NCBI GenBank assembly: GCA_964475855.1
Contig: CAYZAV010000002.1
Coordinates: forward strand, 51,933 to 115,932
Length of the DNA: 64,000 nt
Direction of reading: 5' to 3'
DNA from: an uncultured Candidatus Saccharibacteria bacterium
GTDB lineage: Bacteria > Patescibacteriota > Minisyncoccia > Minisyncoccales > Staskawiczbacteraceae
How positions within the stretch are numbered: the first letter of the stretch is position 1; every line of letters begins with the position of its first letter. The notes below the pieces were generated by a model, which had not been told where the DNA came from, searched no databases, and saw only the letters and a program-made list of their open reading frames with translations. Below are positions 52,447 to 60,298 of this stretch, piece after piece. The translations under genes and the position numbers were made by a program.

Positions 52447-53028
52447 ATGAAGCGCATTTCTATTATGGCAATTTTAATAGTAGGCGTTGGCACTGTCATT
52501 GGGGTGGGTTATTTTTTATCTAAAGAGAAAATAACTCCTGTTACCACGAAAACTTCGGGCAGTGAAACAATGAATACGGTAAAACTGGTGGATTTTTCTC
52601 AAATCAACTCAGAATTTTTGTTTTCGGCAGAAATCCCAAAAGAATTAGAGGTAGAATATATTCCCCAGTTAAAAGCAATAAACATATATAATCCGTCCTT
52701 GACTAGTCAAACTAGTATAGAAAAATCCCAACTATATATCAGTTTTTTTAAAGCAAACAGATTTTTAACTTTAAATACGGTAGATATTACCAAGCAAGAT
52801 AAAATAACCATCAAAGAGCGTGAAGCAATTTTATACGAAATCACGAAAAAAGATGGTATACCCAATTTTTACGGTCAGCCAATGTGGCGCAATACCAAGC
52901 ACGAGGCACTCGATATTCGTTTGACTCAAACTAATCCAAGTTATTTTTACTCATTTGCTCAAAATCCAAATTTGTCTCAGAAAATATTTGATGATGTTAT
53001 AAATTCTCTTATTTTTATTGATAATTAA
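52447..53028 (+). CDS. Hypothetical membrane-anchored protein
   Basis: N-terminal TM. Its last 35 nt plus stop are duplicated at 56171..56207. Confidence 0.45.
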   Translation: MKRISIMAILIVGVGTVIGVGYFLSKEKITPVTTKTSGSETMNTVKLVDFSQINSEFLFSAEIPKELEVEYIPQLKAINIYNPSLTSQTSIEKSQLYISFFKANRFLTLNTVDITKQDKITIKEREAILYEITKKDGIPNFYGQPMWRNTKHEALDIRLTQTNPSYFYSFAQNPNLSQKIFDDVINSLIFIDN

Positions 53029-53030
53029 AT
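52994..53030 (+). repeat. 37-bp direct repeat, left copy
   Basis: atgttataaattctcttatttttattgataattaaat, 36/37 identical to 56171..56207. Confidence 0.8.
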
Positions 53031-53113
53031 AAAAAATTATTCAAATGGGATTGTAAAGTAAACTTGACATATTAGTTTGAATTACACTACAATAAAACCA
53101 ATAACATGTATGT

Positions 53114-53320
53114 ATGAAAGAATCCATATTAAATCAAGTTTACCAGTTGCGGAACAGGGCTGGTATTACTCAAGAAGCGCTAGCCGATGCGGTTTCTGTA
53201 ACCCGACAAACTATTATTGCAATTGAAAAAGGGAATTATATTCCCTCGGTTCTTTTGGCATTAAAGATAGCAAAATTCTTTAAAAAACCATTGGAGGAAA
53301 TTTTTAACTTTAAACAATGA
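53114..53320 (+). CDS. XRE-family HTH transcriptional regulator (68 aa)
   Basis: [34 protein letters not shown]. Confidence 0.85.
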   Translation: MKESILNQVYQLRNRAGITQEALADAVSVTRQTIIAIEKGNYIPSVLLALKIAKFFKKPLEEIFNFKQ

Positions 53321-53685
53321 TGAAAAATAATTTTTTGCAGGAAGTAGTAGTTTCTTTGATACTTATCCTATTGTTAATATTATTGCTTAACCCATTTCAT
53401 TTTTGGATGCCTACGAATATTTTAATGATAATATTGGTGGGGTTAATGGTTATTTTTGCGATATTTGCCAGTTTTGTTTGGAGAGAAAATGCCAAAGATG
53501 AGCGAGAACTTTTACACCGGATGTTCGCAGGAAGAGTAGCATATCTTGTTGGCACCGGCACATTAGTGCTAGCTATTATTGTTCAGTGTTTCAGTCATCA
53601 ACTCGATCCTTGGTTAGTGCTTGTTTTAGTTTTGATGATTCTGTCAAAGATTTATGGCATTATGTATAGCAGAACAAAAAATTAG
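53317..53685 (+). CDS. Small polytopic membrane protein co-transcribed with the HTH regulator
   Basis: 4-nt overlap with the upstream gene; three or four hydrophobic helices. Confidence 0.55.
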   Translation: MMKNNFLQEVVVSLILILLLILLLNPFHFWMPTNILMIILVGLMVIFAIFASFVWRENAKDERELLHRMFAGRVAYLVGTGTLVLAIIVQCFSHQLDPWLVLVLVLMILSKIYGIMYSRTKN

Positions 53686-53771
53686 TTATCCACAACGAGA
53701 ATGTAAAGCCGTCTTTACATTCTTTTTTGTTTAAATTACACTATAAGTATATTATTAAACACAAAAAAATT

Positions 53772-54365
53772 ATGAAAAATAATTTACAAAAAGGATTTAT
53801 GAGTCCCGTCGCTATTGGAATAATTGCCGTCGTTGTTGTTGTGGTTATTATGTTTGGTTATTATATTATTCAAAAAGAACCACGGGAGGTAAGTGATAAA
53901 ACAACCCAAGAAAAAGCTATGATGCAAAAGGATGAAACATCAATGACAGAAGCAGAAAAAATGGAACAGAAAGCCATGATGGAGAAAACGGCGATGGAAG
54001 AAAAAGAAGCCATGACGAAAACCGAAACTACAAAAACCGAAACCATGATGAAGGCAGGTTCTTATGAGGCCTATAGTTCTGAAAAAGTGGCAATGGCTTC
54101 TGCTACCCATCAAGTAGTTTTATTTTTTAGGGCTGGATGGTGCCCATCTTGCAGGGCTGTTGACGCTGACATTAAGGCCAATATGTCAAAAATTCCTGGG
54201 AGTCTGGCTATTTTAGATGTTGACTATGATAATTCAACTGCTTTAAAACAAAAATATGGCGTAACCTATCAGCACACCTTTGTGCAAGTTGATAGTAGTG
54301 GGAATCTTATAAAAAAGTGGAGTGGCAGCCCAACCCTCTCTGCGTTGGTGGCAGAAGTAAAATAG
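53772..54365 (+). CDS. Membrane-anchored thioredoxin-fold protein with a Met-rich linker
   Basis: Start at MKNNLQKGF, then a TM, then the Met-rich KAMMQKDETSMTEAEKMEQKAMMEKTAMEEKEAM. WCPSC active site. Confidence 0.7.
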   Translation: MKNNLQKGFMSPVAIGIIAVVVVVVIMFGYYIIQKEPREVSDKTTQEKAMMQKDETSMTEAEKMEQKAMMEKTAMEEKEAMTKTETTKTETMMKAGSYEAYSSEKVAMASATHQVVLFFRAGWCPSCRAVDADIKANMSKIPGSLAILDVDYDNSTALKQKYGVTYQHTFVQVDSSGNLIKKWSGSPTLSALVAEVK

Positions 54366-54381
54366 ATTAAAGTAACATACC

Positions 54382-56148
54382 ATGATTCTTTTTGTCATTT
54401 CCTTTATTGCCGGGGTATTAACGGTGCTGGCACCGTGTATTTTACCGTTACTTCCTGTCATTATTGGTGGCGCACTAGGCACTGAAAAAAAGTTTAACAC
54501 AAAAAAGGCGCTGACCATTATTGTGTCTTTGGGAGTTTCGGTCATTTTGTTTACCCTGCTTTTGAAAGCCAGCACGCTTTTTATTGATATTCCCGAATAT
54601 GTTTGGAAATGGATTTCCGGTGGCATTATTTTGGTGCTTGGACTGGTGACCGTTTTCCCTGGTCTGTGGGAAAATTCTTTTCTTGCCAAATTAAACACCA
54701 AATCAAATGCGGTCATTGGGCTTGGGTATCAAAAAAAGAGCTTTCTGGGTGATATCATTATTGGTGCGGCGCTTGGGCCGGTGTTTTCAACCTGTAGCCC
54801 AACTTATTTTATCATTTTAGCCACAGTTTTGCCTGTTAGCCCATTTCTTGGAATGTTGTATTTGCTTTCGTACACTGCGGGGCTTTGTTTGGCATTGCTC
54901 TTAATAGCTATTGTTGGCAAAAAAATTATCAATAAACTTGGCATGGTAGCCAATCCCCATGGCTGGTTTAAAAAAACGCTGGGGGTATTATTTATTATTG
55001 TTGCCCTAGCTATTATTTGGGGCTTTGATAAAAAAACTCAGTTATTTTTGTTAGACGCTGGTTTTTTTGACATAACAAAAGTTGAGCAATATTTATTACA
55101 AAAGAATGCGACTCCGGTGGCAGAGCCAGATATAAAAAGTGAAGTAAAAGATATGCAAGAATCGGGCGCCCAAAAAGATGAAGCACCAGTAGCACAATAT
55201 TTAACCGAAAAACAAAAACAATCAAAATTTAAAAAAGTTCCCGAATTAAGCAGTCCTGATGGTTTTATTAATACCGGCGGAAAGCCCATTACCTTAGAAA
55301 GCTTGCGTGGTAGAGTGGTGCTACTGGATATTTGGACCTATAGTTGTATTAATTGCCAAAGAACATTGCCGTATGTAAACGACTGGTATGCCAAATATAG
55401 AGATCAGGGTTTAGAAATTATTGGCCTTCATACCCCAGAATTCGCTTTTGAAAAATTGCAGGCAAATGTTCAAAAGGCCGTAGAAAACTTTAACATACAG
55501 TATCCGGTGGTTTTAGATAATGATTATTCAACTTGGCAGGCGCTGGGAAACCAATACTGGCCCAGAAAATACTTGGTAGACATTGATGGTTATATTGTTT
55601 ATGACCACATTGGAGAGGGTGCGTACCAAGAAACAGAAAAAGCCATTCAAGGGGCTTTAAAAGAGCGGGCGTATCGCATGGGCATAAAAGATGCTGTTTT
55701 AAAAAATATATCCACTCCTGGCAATATTGTTACGGTTGATAGTAGCAAGGTAAAAAGTCCTGAAATATATTTTGGATCAGCAAGAAATCAGTACCTTGCC
55801 AATGGTAAAAGCCAAATTTCCGGCCAGCAAACTTTTTTGTTGCCATCAACTATTGAACCCAATAATTTGTATCTTGCTGGCAATTGGAATATAGCTTCTG
55901 AATATGCGGCAAATCAAGGCAAGGCGAGCATTGTGTTCGGTTATGAAGCAAAAAATGTGTATATGGCGGCGGGGTCTGATGCGGGGGTTGAAGTTGAAAT
56001 TTACCAAGACGATGTTTTGGTAAAGAAAATCATGATTAATGACGAAAAACTTTACACCCTAATTAGTGGCAGTGATTACGGTAAGCATGTGCTACGCATT
56101 GAGATTCCTTCTGAAGAATTGAAGGCATTTACTTTTACCTTTGGGTAG
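54382..56148 (+). CDS. DipZ-like protein: CcdA/DsbD-type thiol-transfer membrane domain fused to a TlpA-like thioredoxin and a C-terminal beta domain
   Basis: N-terminal CcdA-like TMs (LAPCILPLLPV), a thioredoxin domain with WTYSCINCQ, and a ~170-aa C-terminal domain. Confidence 0.7.
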   Translation: MILFVISFIAGVLTVLAPCILPLLPVIIGGALGTEKKFNTKKALTIIVSLGVSVILFTLLLKASTLFIDIPEYVWKWISGGIILVLGLVTVFPGLWENSFLAKLNTKSNAVIGLGYQKKSFLGDIIIGAALGPVFSTCSPTYFIILATVLPVSPFLGMLYLLSYTAGLCLALLLIAIVGKKIINKLGMVANPHGWFKKTLGVLFIIVALAIIWGFDKKTQLFLLDAGFFDITKVEQYLLQKNATPVAEPDIKSEVKDMQESGAQKDEAPVAQYLTEKQKQSKFKKVPELSSPDGFINTGGKPITLESLRGRVVLLDIWTYSCINCQRTLPYVNDWYAKYRDQGLEIIGLHTPEFAFEKLQANVQKAVENFNIQYPVVLDNDYSTWQALGNQYWPRKYLVDIDGYIVYDHIGEGAYQETEKAIQGALKERAYRMGIKDAVLKNISTPGNIVTVDSSKVKSPEIYFGSARNQYLANGKSQISGQQTFLLPSTIEPNNLYLAGNWNIASEYAANQGKASIVFGYEAKNVYMAAGSDAGVEVEIYQDDVLVKKIMINDEKLYTLISGSDYGKHVLRIEIPSEELKAFTFTFG

Positions 56149-56170
56149 TTTTTTGTATATTTTTTTGGTA

Positions 56171-56207
56171 ATGTTATAAATTCTCTTATTTTTATTGACA
56201 ATTAAAT
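56171..56207 (+). repeat. 37-bp direct repeat, right copy
   Basis: atgttataaattctcttatttttattgacaattaaat. Confidence 0.8.
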
Positions 56208-56296
56208 CTTTTGTTTTTGAATCAGAGTGTATATTGGGAGAATAAGTGGTATAATAAATTAGTCGATTATATAAATTGTAATAATGTTAAAAATAC

Positions 56297-56500
56297 ATGA
56301 AAATAATAAAATGCTCGCAAGTTGGGGGCGATACATGTTCTTTTGAGGTAACCGCAGAAACAATGGAAGATGCAAAAGCGCAAATGGGTGCGCATGCAAA
56401 GGAAGCTCATGCTGATATGATGGCAAAATCAACACCGGAAAGCATGGCAGAATGGAACACTATGTTTGAAAAGTTGTGGGCTGAAACTCCGGAAAATTAA
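56297..56500 (+). CDS. DUF1059-like small metal-binding protein
   Basis: MKIIKCSQVGGDTCSFEVTAETMEDAKAQMGAHAKEAH pattern. Confidence 0.6.
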   Translation: MKIIKCSQVGGDTCSFEVTAETMEDAKAQMGAHAKEAHADMMAKSTPESMAEWNTMFEKLWAETPEN

Positions 56501-56521
56501 ATAATATATGGTTTTAAAGAA

Positions 56522-56543
56522 AATCACCCGACGGGTGATTTTT
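56522..56543 (+). terminator. Intrinsic terminator
   Basis: AATCACCC-gac-GGGTGATT followed by ttt. Confidence 0.6.
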
Positions 56544-56574
56544 GTTTAGGACTATCTTTGATATAATAAGTGGC

Positions 56575-58094
56575 ATGGAAATCAATTGGTATTCAAAATC
56601 AATTTCTGATGTCTTGGATGGGCTTGTCTCCAGTCAACAAGGGTTGGATGCAAAAGAAGCGGATGCAAGATTGAAGCAGTACGGAAAAAATACTTTGCCG
56701 GAAGGAAAACCTGACGGACTTTTGATTATTTTTTTGCGGCAATTTAAAAGCCCCTTGATCTATATTCTTTTGGCTGCCGGAGTGGTGGTTTTTTCATGGG
56801 AGAAACGGTTGATTCTTTGATTATTTTGGCGGTACTTATCTTTAATGCCGTAGTGGGAACGGTGCAAGAAGGCAGGGCTCAAAACACCCTAATGGCACTA
56901 AAAAAATACACGGTAAAAAAAACCGTTGTGGTGCGTGACGGCAGGGAAATCATTTTGAAGGGCGAAGATATTGTTCCTGGTGACGTTATTATTCTGCAAG
57001 AAGGTGAGAAGATTCCGGCTGATGCGCGGGTTATGGTATCAAATAATCTTAAGGTAGACGAGTCTGCATTTACCGGTGAATCAACTCCGATTCACAAAAT
57101 TGCCGAACCATTGCACGGAGAGCATATATCCGTTGCCGAACAGAAAAATAGCATTTTCAAAGGAACCCACATTGTTTCGGGAAATGGCAGGGCGGTGGTG
57201 GTAGCCACGGGAATTAACACCCAGCTAGGAAAAATAGCTAAGCAAATTTCAGCCATAGATACGGAAATACCACTGAAGGCGAATATCCGTTATTTGTCCC
57301 GCGCTATTATTTTGGTAGTTGCGGTTATGAATATTATACTGCTCGGCACAGGATTATTTTTGGGCAAAGGCTTAAAAGGGGTAGTAGATGCTGTAGAATA
57401 CTTCGCTGGGAATACGAAATTGGTTTCTGACTTAAAGCTTTCTTTTGAGGCAAATAATATTCAGACAGAAACATTGCAGGGGAAGACTCCTATTATTCTT
57501 GCAAGCAAGAAAGAAGTTATCGCTGTCATAATGGTTGCTGATGCAATTAAGCCAGAAGCTATTGAGGCTGTTAGAAATCTGCACAAGCTTGGCATTAAAA
57601 CGGTTATGCTTACAGGAGACAGTAAAAATACCGCCAGTGCTATTGCCAAAGAGGTGGGTATTGATGAAGTGATTGCGGAGGTGCTCCCTGAAGACAAGTT
57701 AAATACCATAAAAGAATTTCAAAAGAAAGGAAGAATAGTTGCTATGGCTGGAGACGGGGTTAACGATGCCCCCGCACTTGCACAGGCTGATGTGGGTATT
57801 GCTATGGGAACAGGAACTGATGTAGCCATAGAAACTGCTGGAATTACGCTTCTTAATGGCGACATTTCAAAATTGGTAAAAGCCTTAAAGCTTTCAAAAA
57901 TGACGATGCGGGGCATTAGGCAAAACTTATTCTGGGCTTTTATTTATAACTTAGTTGGTATTCCTCTTGCCGCAGGTTTATTTTTCCCAATATTCGGTTG
58001 GACACTAAACCCTATTTTTGCTGGTCTTGCCATGGCTTTCTCAAGCGTAAGTGTGGTAAGCAACAGTTTGCGTATTAAAACAAAAAAGCTATAA
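56575..58094 (+). pseudogene. Degraded chimeric P-type ATPase: P2-type N-terminus joined to a P1B (CopA-like) C-terminus, frameshifted, no DKTGT
   Basis: Cation_ATPase_N-like start and TGES A-domain. Frameshift at the T6 run 56789-56794. From about nt 57366 the sequence switches to the CopA-like GIKTVMLTGD...GDGVNDAPALAQADVGIAMG...NLFWAFIYN. No DKTGT or PEGL anywhere. Confidence 0.7.
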
Positions 58095-58096
58095 TT

Positions 58097-58582
58097 ATGA
58101 TGATAAAATCCATGGAAAATACAAAAGACAGCATGGCAAAAGACCACGCATTGAAATTTTTAAAAAGCCATACCACGATGGTGCTTGCCAGTATGTCCAA
58201 TAATGTGGAACCCGCGGCGGCAACGGTGTATTTTGTTTCCGATGATAATTTTAACTTGTTTTTTCTTACGTCGGCAAAAAGTAAAAAGGCTGATAATTTA
58301 AAAACAAACGGTAAGGTGGCATTTGTGATTGGCTGGGGTCCTGAAATAATTACTATTCAAGGGGCGGGGGTGGCAAAGGATCTTCCTGAAAAGGAGGCAG
58401 AGATATTTTTCGATCTGATCAAGAAAAACGCATTTACTTCGGTCAACCAATGGCCTATCTTAAAGTTTGCCGATGAGGGTTATTGCGCCTTTAAAATTAC
58501 TCCCTCCTGGATCTCGTATCTGAATTTGAACAAGGAATTGTATCCGGATATCGCCAGTAATGAGTTTTATAAAATAATATAG
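58097..58582 (+). CDS. Pyridoxamine 5'-phosphate oxidase-like FMN-binding split-barrel protein
   Basis: 161 aa; general-stress-protein-26-like pattern (VLASMSNNVEPAAATVYFV...). Family call from memory. Confidence 0.45.
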   Translation: MMIKSMENTKDSMAKDHALKFLKSHTTMVLASMSNNVEPAAATVYFVSDDNFNLFFLTSAKSKKADNLKTNGKVAFVIGWGPEIITIQGAGVAKDLPEKEAEIFFDLIKKNAFTSVNQWPILKFADEGYCAFKITPSWISYLNLNKELYPDIASNEFYKII

Positions 58583-58608
58583 AGCAACCCATCAGGATTT
58601 CGCGGCAA

Positions 58609-58637
58609 TTGACGTGTCTCTTAATATGTTATATAAT
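58609..58637 (+). promoter_or_regulatory. Near-consensus promoter of the 286-aa G+C-rich gene
   Basis: TTGACG(58609-58614)-17-TATAAT(58632-58637). Confidence 0.6.
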
Positions 58638-58729
58638 AGAGCTATTAAACTAAGGTGTTTAATCCCAGTGGTGAGGCTTTCGCCATATGCACTTTGATAC
58701 CAGTACAACTGGTAGAAAGGATGATGACG

Positions 58730-59590
58730 ATGTCCAAGACATTGATCACGTCTCGTGAGGCAAAGGGTCTCGAGATCGCCAACTTCTTTGATGTCGTTTT
58801 GAATGAGGCCGGGCTCGACCAAGAGCGGGGCCAGCGCCTCATTGAGAACGGCGGCGAGTTCCAGGAAGGCCTCAAGGACCTCATCAAGAGGTTTTCGGTC
58901 ACGAATCAGTTCGCCAACGAGGAAGTGGCTTCCGGCTATGGTTATCTCTCGGGTTACAAGCCCAAGAGCGTCGCCAGGCAGGTCAAAATCCTCAATGGGC
59001 TGTTCCCGAATTTGGGTTCTGCCAACAAGAGACTGTTTGGCAAACCGCTTCCCGAAAACGCCGAAGGATTGTTCGCAATCCCGCGGTGGGAGTGCTTTTC
59101 CACAACCTACAACGAGGCAGTGGTAAGGGTACTCGACCAGATCAAGCTGATCTGTGGTGGCAAGTTCTACAACTACCGCGAAAACCAGCTCGGTCCAAAG
59201 TTTCTCCGCCAGCACGCCAAAACCGTCAAGGCATTCAGTATGCTGGGCGAACAGCAGACGGGCTACGAGATTCTCGTGGTTGCCTGTCAGTTCGGCCTTC
59301 GGCACCGTGGACGCAGTGTCCGCCGGGCCCGCGAAGTCATGAACTCTTTGGAGTTCGGTCTCGGCGCTTTCGCCAACGGCTGCATGATTCTGACCCACCC
59401 GGAACGCCTCCAGTACTACGACGATCTTTGGATCGATTGTGCCGGTGATGAGTTTTCCGATGGCGGTGTTGGTTCCTTCGGCCACGCTCCGTGCTTCAGG
59501 TTCTATGGCGGCAAGGTCCTCTTCGACTCGAGGCCTCTCGGCGCTGCCTTCGGCAACTGTGGTTCGTCGTCTGGTCTGCTCTCGCAGTAA
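58730..59590 (+). CDS. Hypothetical protein, strongly G+C-rich cassette (286 aa from ATG 58730; GTG 58655 is an alternative)
   Basis: GAAAGGatgatgacgATG. Conserved-looking blocks GLFAIPRWE, QFGLRHRGRSVRRAREVM, ILTHPERLQYYDDLWIDCAGDEF. No family recognised. Confidence 0.6.
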   Translation: MSKTLITSREAKGLEIANFFDVVLNEAGLDQERGQRLIENGGEFQEGLKDLIKRFSVTNQFANEEVASGYGYLSGYKPKSVARQVKILNGLFPNLGSANKRLFGKPLPENAEGLFAIPRWECFSTTYNEAVVRVLDQIKLICGGKFYNYRENQLGPKFLRQHAKTVKAFSMLGEQQTGYEILVVACQFGLRHRGRSVRRAREVMNSLEFGLGAFANGCMILTHPERLQYYDDLWIDCAGDEFSDGGVGSFGHAPCFRFYGGKVLFDSRPLGAAFGNCGSSSGLLSQ

Positions 59591-59612
59591 CCTTGAAATT
59601 TGTTCGTGGTAT

Positions 59613-59651
59613 ATGGCATTGTTTGTTTCACAAACAATGCCATCTTTTTTT
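59613..59651 (+). terminator. Strong intrinsic terminator
   Basis: ATGGCATTGTTTG-tttca-CAAACAATGCCAT followed by ctttttttt. Confidence 0.75.
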
Positions 59652-59661
59652 ATAGAAAAAA

Positions 59662-60264
59662 CTATTTTACGAAAAATCTTTTAGTGCCGTACGTATATAT
59701 GATGGCCAGGGCGCCGGTGATGCCATAGAAAATCCAGATGATGCGCAAGGGGGGCGATTGCAAATCGCTGCCCAAATTCAAGGAATGGAAAAAACTTAAC
59801 AAAAACCCCAGATTGCTAGTGATTAATACTTTTTGCCAGTGTTTGGCGAAAAATCCCTGCTGTTTGAAGGGTTTTGTGATGTCGTAAACGATAAGCAGTA
59901 ACCAGGAAATAATGCCAAGCCAGATATATAGCGTGCCATAGTAAAAAAAGATATTGCTTACGCTATAGCCAACCCCGGCAAACAGCAATATCGGGTGCAG
60001 GCCAAAGCAAAGTAAAATAAGTTTGGCAGTAATATTAACAAACCGGTCAAAATTGATGTGCTGGCGCAGCCAGGGTTCAAACACACCACTGATGGAATGT
60101 AGCCATAACATGGAAACCGCAGCCAGCCCAAGAAGTGGGAATATATTCAAGGAAATGTTAGTAATTTCCATTTGCCATTGCAAATGTTGGGCGCGCACCC
60201 AAAGCGGGTAACATACCGCCAACCAACCAAAAGCGATAATGAAATATTTTGGAAATTTGTTCAT
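59662..60264 (-). CDS. Hypothetical polytopic membrane protein (about 6 TM, several conserved His)
   Basis: 200 aa, hydrophobic throughout. Confidence 0.5.
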   Translation of the reverse strand: MNKFPKYFIIAFGWLAVCYPLWVRAQHLQWQMEITNISLNIFPLLGLAAVSMLWLHSISGVFEPWLRQHINFDRFVNITAKLILLCFGLHPILLFAGVGYSVSNIFFYYGTLYIWLGIISWLLLIVYDITKPFKQQGFFAKHWQKVLITSNLGFLLSFFHSLNLGSDLQSPPLRIIWIFYGITGALAIIYTYGTKRFFVK

Positions 60265-60298
60265 GGGTTTATATTATCATATGTGGTATATTTCAGCT

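Noticed and set aside
58592-59485. 297-aa ORF on the minus strand.
   Set aside because: It is an antisense shadow of the very G+C-rich gene 58730..59590 (few stop codons in GC-rich DNA). It has no promoter, SD or terminator of its own and its composition is low-complexity, whereas the plus-strand gene has all of these signals.
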